Positions 48,200 to 64,000 of a DNA stretch of 64,000 bases are shown piece after piece (position 1 is the stretch's first letter; each line of letters opens with the position of its first letter). Under the pieces are notes generated by a model. It had not been told where the DNA came from, ran no database searches, and worked only from the letters and a program-made list of their open reading frames with translations. Position numbers and translations under genes: made by a program. The stretch comes from Styela clava (taxonomy: Eukaryota): NCBI RefSeq assembly GCF_964204865.1, contig NC_135254.1:5208001-5272000 (forward strand). Direction: 5' to 3'.

Positions 48200-49560
48200 T
48201 TTCAATAAATGAAGTCGTACCTTCATGAGTTTAATGACATCGGGCTGGTGATGGCAATCTTAGGCTTTTTCACAGAGTGGGAATTAGACTTAAATAACCT
48301 TCTCAGGACAGGACCATGGCTTCTGGGGCCAGAGTGCAGGATTTCTCCGGAATGAGAGATAATTTAACAACCTAAATAGCAATAACCTGTGTTTCAGTAG
48401 GTATGCAAGCGTACATGTTGTGCGAGTCAAGATATTTGCTGTATTCATGTTAGTGTGCAGCAAGACTCTTGAATCATACAGGATAGTTATCTTTACTCCT
48501 GCTACAGTACCCTCACATTTATATGCATGCAGATCCACCAGCATAGAAGGATTATTAGTTAGTCACAAAGAAACCCAATTGGTATTGCATTTTGTGTGTC
48601 GGCGCTCCACCAAATACAGTTAAAACTGGTAAATGATAATGTCTGTCTCATTCTAGCATGCACAAGTTCCAACTTTACTTGCTTGTTCGGGAAATTAGGC
48701 ATTGTTCGCTGTAAAGGCAAAGTTGATTATGTAGACTCCCACGATCGTGAGCCCAATTGCAATATTCTAAAACTAAAAATATGCCGATATAGTTTAGTTT
48801 TCACACTAGACATACTAATTGTACCAGTTTAGAGTTGAAGGGACAACCATCCACTCATAACCCAAGCTGTGGATTTTCATGAAAGTTTTCTCAAGGCAAA
48901 GTTAACAGCCTCCAACTAAATGTGTTAGTGCTAGAATAATTGCACACGATCAGCGGAATGAATGCTAATGACAATATGTAATTTCTACTTGATACAGTGA
49001 TACCAAAAACAGCTAGGCAGAGAAGAATTTACAAAAAATAAACTTGATGACAATCAGAAACATACAATGTATACCTATCCAGCCTTAAAGCCAGAAACCT
49101 CTTCTGGCAAACAAGACAGAAATTTTCACTTGAAAAAAACTATTTCGACGTGCAATTATCTTTAAAATTCAGTAAACGAGAGAAAAAGGTCCAGACTATA
49201 AAGTTCATCCAGGGAAGAATCAGAACAACGAAGAAGCATAAATTAATATTTCTACATTTAACCTAGTGAATCCATATTCTAGTGACGAAAAGGGTTTACA
49301 AGCTGAAGCTTCTATTCTCACAAATCATATTTCTAAAGGGTGTCAATGAAGATTTTTTGAAATTGCAAAGAGTTTATCGATACCTTATATTGTTTTGGCC
49401 CTCACAGACGTATTAAATGAAGTAAAAAATACTTAAACAATCACTGATTGAAAAACAACAAACCTGGTTAAGATATATTGAAAACTGTCTTCATAACAAA
49501 TGAAATTGTGAAGGGACTTGTAGACGACACCCCGTATATTCGTAAAATAGATTTAGAACA
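48200..49560 (+). mobile_element. Possible heavily decayed LINE ORF2 (endonuclease/linker region)
   Basis: Broken frames with TLDILI ... DNHPLI, then basic helices (VIPKTARQRR, KARNLFWQTR) resembling non-LTR ORF2. Confidence 0.3.
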
Positions 49561-52068
49561 GCTTAGGTGAAGAGTGTTGCAAGCACAATATGTGAATTTG
49601 TATTATCAAATTTTTCGCTACAGGGTTTTATGAAAATCAATCGGATGTATCTCTGATACAGTTAATTTGGGGAGGGGGAATGTTAAAATTCTGAAAAAAT
49701 TATTATTAGAAAATTTTTTAGGTGCCCTTTAATCTCAATTTCATCAAATTCCTCCGATAAACTTAATAAATAACTTAGTTGTTACAATTTTACAATTTAC
49801 TAAAACAGCTTTTTAGTTTTGCTAAAAGGTTCAAGCCTCTACCAGAAAGATTTCAGGTTAGAGCCCCCCTACTAGAAAAACAAGTGTGTGATATTGCCAG
49901 CACAATGAACGAATCTAATTTGTAGTATAGGCTTTAATGAAAAATAATTTGAGACACAGTACTTAATTTGAGAGTAACAAAAGAAAAAAAAATCAGAATT
50001 TGTTTCATTTGAGCTACCATTGGTTCTCAAACTTATTAAGCTGTTCACCCTCTTATGAATTTGTCAAGTGTCGCGCCCCACCTCAAAAACAACTAGATGA
50101 ATACCAGACGATAAGGCGAAAGTATGTTTTATTAAAAAAAACATGTTGAAAATACATGGATGGAACGTAAATATCCAAAATAAGGCAGACAAGATCAAAC
50201 CTAACAAATATTTTCACTTTTGATCAGCTTCACCCCCCTAAAAAAATTGTATACACCTCCCGCCATTTGGGAACCACTGTACTAGGTGTTACATAATATG
50301 GTATCCAATCATAGTTTGAAGCAAAATTTTGAATGAAAATTTGCATACGGTAAGATTAAAATGGAAAATATATTTTATTAAAACAGCTTTTTCATGTCTC
50401 ACTTTTTGGGTTAAATCCCTCAGATTGACAATTACCTTCTAAGAGAAGCAGTTTGAGGCAATATTGACTAAATTTTCTGATAAAAAGTATAAAAATCCAA
50501 AATATACATTACCATTTTTTCTCAAAACAGCTTTTTCTTGTTCCATTTTTGGGTTGGAGCCCTCGAATTGACAATCGCCCTCCAAGAAAAGCAGGGCCTG
50601 GAACCGCAGGCACAACATACAGATGTGTATTGTCAAATTCTTTGCTATAAGGTTTTAGAAAATAATGAAGTGTATGTATCCCTGACACTTCAAAACGAGG
50701 GCGAATAGCCTAGCCTATAATGGCGTTTTCTTGTAGCATAATATTCAATCCATAATAACTATGGGAATTCAAACCGTCTTTGAATGTTAATCTAATTGTG
50801 TTCAACTTGCAATTGCGTCCACTATAAAAGAACATTACCTAATACATAACAAGGCGACACCAAAAAAATGAAAATTATCATACTCGCCTAATAACACAAC
50901 ACCCCCCCCCAAAATCAGGCCAAAAATTTTGGTCTAGAAAAGCGACTTATTCGCCGGGAAATACGGTAGGTGATATTTGCCCTTGTGTGCTCACCAAAGA
51001 ACTTCAATAAAAAGTTACAGAAGTTTTAAAACTAATTTTCCCCTTTTTTTTCGTATCAGTCGTCTTAACTTAGCCTTTGAATTAGCAATCGCCCTCATAG
51101 AGAATCAAGACAGACACATTCCATGATTTCATTCATTTATTTTCCTAAATAGTCGAGAAAAATGACAAAAATAATATGGCTAAAATTATACAAAATGCAT
51201 TTATATACAAAAAGCACAATGCTAAGACATATATGAGATAGGTGCAGATATTTGCTATTTACTAAAAAAGAATGATAAAATGAATATACTACTACACATT
51301 TAAAGTTATTGAAAGAAACAAAAGCAGTTTTTTTTTTCAGCTTGAGCATTGAATAATCTGTCTATGGGGCCTAGAACTGAAATCAAACACTTTTGAATAA
51401 ACAAAATTTACCGGCTCTACAGGAATATTCCCTTCGATGAATGGAACTTATGCTGGCTATGCTACCCTACAACACAATTCGGAAGCATTTTAACATAAAC
51501 TTAGCATTAGTATATCACGAATTGTTACGGATCAACATGGTTTATCAGGTCCAGTGGTATTCAACGTGGGTTCCATGGAACACTGGTGTTCGGCAAAACA
51601 CTTATTGTGTTTCTGTGAGAATTTCTCGATTTTGAATGGACTGTCCTTTCCCAATGCCTATTTGAATAAAACAAAATTTCTGCTTTCAACTATTAAGAAA
51701 TTAGAAGTCACTTTAACATACCATACATCCTAGCATATAAGTCAGGTTAAAAACTCAAAAATTAAGGTGCAAAACTAAGGAGGTAAGGGTGTTTTTTGTT
51801 GTTTCACCTGACGACTAACGTTATATTCGGCGTTTCGAAAGATATGTATTAGATCTATGTAAAGCGTGCCATGTTTATGTAGCTTACTTAGTGACACACA
51901 CATACATTTTCTGAAATGAGTGAACCTGTTGTTTGTGAGTTACCGGTACAAAAGAGAGCAAAGGCCAATGAAAAAACAGGTGGAAAGAGGTGACTGGAAG
52001 AATCTAGCGCCCGTCAACAGCCTGAACCAAAAAAAAAAAATAGAAATTGCCATGAAATTTTGAATCCC

Positions 52069-52211
52069 TACTGTGTTTCCTCAAAAATAAGACCTAGCCT
52101 GAATTTAATTTTTTTATTTTTATTATGAGCCCCCCCTTACAATAAGCCCAAGTGTTTATTTTTCGAAAGAAAATTAAACTTAGACCCGGACTTTTTTGGA
52201 GGAAACACGGC
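52069..52211. mobile_element. Short Tigger-like MITE
   Basis: Ends tactgtgtttcctcaaaaataag / cttttttggaggaaacacggca. Confidence 0.65.
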
Positions 52212-53791
52212 ACAATTATTTCAATTGTATAGAACCAATGGGTTAATAATAGGTTTGAAAATAACAAATGTACCTCTACATAAAAATGCAAATATTATTA
52301 TATATGAACGAGTGTTTCTATGCAAAAAAGATTGTATCAAACATGATTACAATTTCTAATGCTAAATAATAAATTAAAATTCAACTAACAGTTGGCGAAA
52401 CGTACCAAGTATAGAATTAAATATTTGAGAAGCAAATTTTTAGCGCAGTGACAGCTTTGCATTTTTATTTGAAATATAACTTAAAAAGATAAATCCCATG
52501 AAAACTACTGAATTTCATAGTTTCCAATAATACAAGGTCAACCAAAAAAACTTGAATTTTTTAATTACTTCTATGAAAATTTACTCAGCAATTAAATTCT
52601 GTTCGAGTAAGATTTTACCCAAAATTTTCCCGTTATCTAAAACGCTTTGCACAAAAGTTATTTTCGTTCTAGTCCATAAAGTCCCTTTACAATTTCAATT
52701 TTGTTATGAGGTCTGTTCTCAATATATCTTAACCAAGTTTGTTGTTTTTCAATCAGTAATTGTCCAACTTGTAACTTCATTTAATACATCTGTGAGGTCC
52801 AAAACAATATATGGTATCGATAAATTCCCTTTGCAATTGTAAAAAGTTAGAAGATTTCATGGACACCCTTTATTACCTGGATCTGTTAATTTGGGGTCAC
52901 CATATATACTACACATGAATAAATGTTATTTAGCGAAATTTTTAGTGCAAAGCTTACACTGACCAGTTTATAATTACATACAAATTACAAAAAAAGTGAC
53001 CTAAAAAATTATTACAATTCATAATTTTTGTTTGGAGATCACATACAAAAAATGTGACCAAAGAGTAAATACGAAAATGAAATATTACAAATATAATGCA
53101 AAGTACAAATTATAGCCAAGTCAAAAAATACCCATTAAAACAGCAATCACGTTCTATGGCAAGGCATCCCAAACTTTTTAGCTCGGAACCCCTTCTAATA
53201 TATTAAGAATTTTTACAATAACCTTTTCCGAAGAGTGCATCGCTTTTCTGCTCTTACGATCAAAAGTCTGCATTGTTATGCAAGCGTGTCGCTTCTCTGA
53301 ACCTATGTATTTATCTCAAAATCAAATAAATTACGCTTTGCACTAGTTAAAATAGTCAACCTTCAAATCACAAGGCTTCGCATATAGTACTTCGTGTGAA
53401 ATTGGTGTATTCTTTGCGACCCTTAAAACTCGTTTGGAAAGTCCTTCTATAGGTTGAGGATAGGATTTTTGAATTAGATAAGAGGGAGAAAAAATCTGAT
53501 AAGATTACCTTATCATACAGATGAATATTCTCTGATTACCAGTTGAGCAATACAGGAAGGGAATATTTAAAAAAACAAAAATAAAAGGCAAAAGTATAAA
53601 TTATAGCCAAGCCAGAAAATACCCACTACACTCACCATAGGTCAGAGATAGGGATTATTATATTATCACAACATTCACTATAAGCATGTTTTATTACATT
53701 ATCAAAGGTAAAGGAAAGCTGATAAAACATCATATTCATAGGCAAAACCATTTTGTGTCACCAACTTCAAATCGCCCAAGGATTCCAGATA

Positions 53792-54002
53792 TACAGGGTG
53801 TCCATAAAGTCCGTTTACAATTTCAAATTTGTTATAAAGTCAGTTCTTGATATATCTTAATCAGGTTTGTTGTTTTTTTAATCAGTAATTGTTTATGTAT
53901 TTTTATTTCATTTAATACGTCTGTGAGGTACAAACAATATATGGTATCTATAAATTCCATTTGCAATTTGAAAAAATTTTAGGACTTTATGGACATCCCA
54001 TA
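53792..54002. mobile_element. Tc1/mariner-type MITE (partial copies ~52672-52870 and ~26672-26820)
   Basis: TIR tacagggtgtccataaagtcc / ggactttatggacatcccata. Confidence 0.8.
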
Positions 54003-54803
54003 GGAACTTGGATAAACCGCCTTTACTGTAGAGATGTGGATTATGGATTAATAACACATTCCAAATGAACTAAAAAAGCAAGTCGAATGAGTATCCAGTC
54101 TAAATGAAAAGGTTGTGATGCTGTGAATTCCATGGGGATTTCAATAGACATCAATACTAGTACTATCAAAGAGGACTTGCTTACATGAATAAAAGTGGAA
54201 TTGTCTGGTAATTTTCATTGTGGGCTACAGCAGGCAAACTAAATTTAACAAATCGCAAATTCTTTACAAACAGTATGAAAAAAAGCTTCCATTGTAAGCT
54301 CAAACTATTCCAAATCCCCATACTCTCAAACTATCATAGCCCACCAATGGCATTGGCAATGTATAATTGGATATTTTCTGACTCGGTTAGGATAATAATT
54401 GTTTGGCAAAGATTAAAAAACTAAGACTATAAAAATTGATTATGCTTAGCAAAGTATAGAAGGTGTTGTTGCTTATTGGAATGACGTTGAAAATGAGGCA
54501 ATATATATAGCGCCTATTACAGAGATTGGTTTAAGCGAGTGCGTTGAAATGCGGATTTTAGAGGTGGAAGAACAGGAAGCTGCAGTGTTAAGTCTTTGAA
54601 AAAGGGCCCAGATCATTTAGGAACCAATACCTTAAACCGTTCAACGGTTAGACATCACGATCGATACATTACTCCACTTCGCATGATCTATGCATAAATA
54701 AGTGTCCCATTTCATTCCAACTCTTTTACTTATATAATTCGAACGATTTAACAATTACAATATCTTCTCAAATTTTCCAGCAGTATTCCAGTCTTCTCTC
54801 TGC

Positions 54804-63878
<9,075 letters not shown>

Positions 63879-64000
63879 CTGTTAAAAAAATTTTGATATA
63901 GTTTATTCAAATTAGAAAACTTGTCCGGGATCAAATCACTTTTCACCTAACTTAGGGTGTAATACATTAGGCAGGCAATAAATGTGGGAAGAAGGAATAA

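Overview
Animal genomic DNA: AT-rich, with spliceosomal introns and dense DNA-transposon content. An ascidian/tunicate is my best guess from the compact intronless operon-like genes and the gene set, but this is inference only. From left to right: (1) a giant minus-strand NLR that the ORF track missed because it runs off the left edge. It has two tandem death-fold domains, a NACHT, and at least 23 intron-free 171-bp (57-aa) ribonuclease-inhibitor-type LRR pairs whose variation concentrates in the beta-strand positions. (2) A 5.2-kb hAT transposon with a doubly frameshifted transposase, nested in another hAT element. (3) A decayed CUB-domain receptor gene with a tyrosine-motif tail; a triple-nested hAT stack in its first intron carries a captured copy of one of its own exons. 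(4) A 1.84-kb tandem duplication that starts at a Helentron-like element. (5) Four single-exon housekeeping genes: Shugoshin, ZC3HC1 and LAMTOR3 on the minus strand (candidate trans-spliced operon) and a divergent SNRPA1. (6) The 3' half of a MET/RON-family receptor tyrosine kinase with an unusual tail ending in a PDZ-binding motif. Most short ORFs in the supplied track are spurious.
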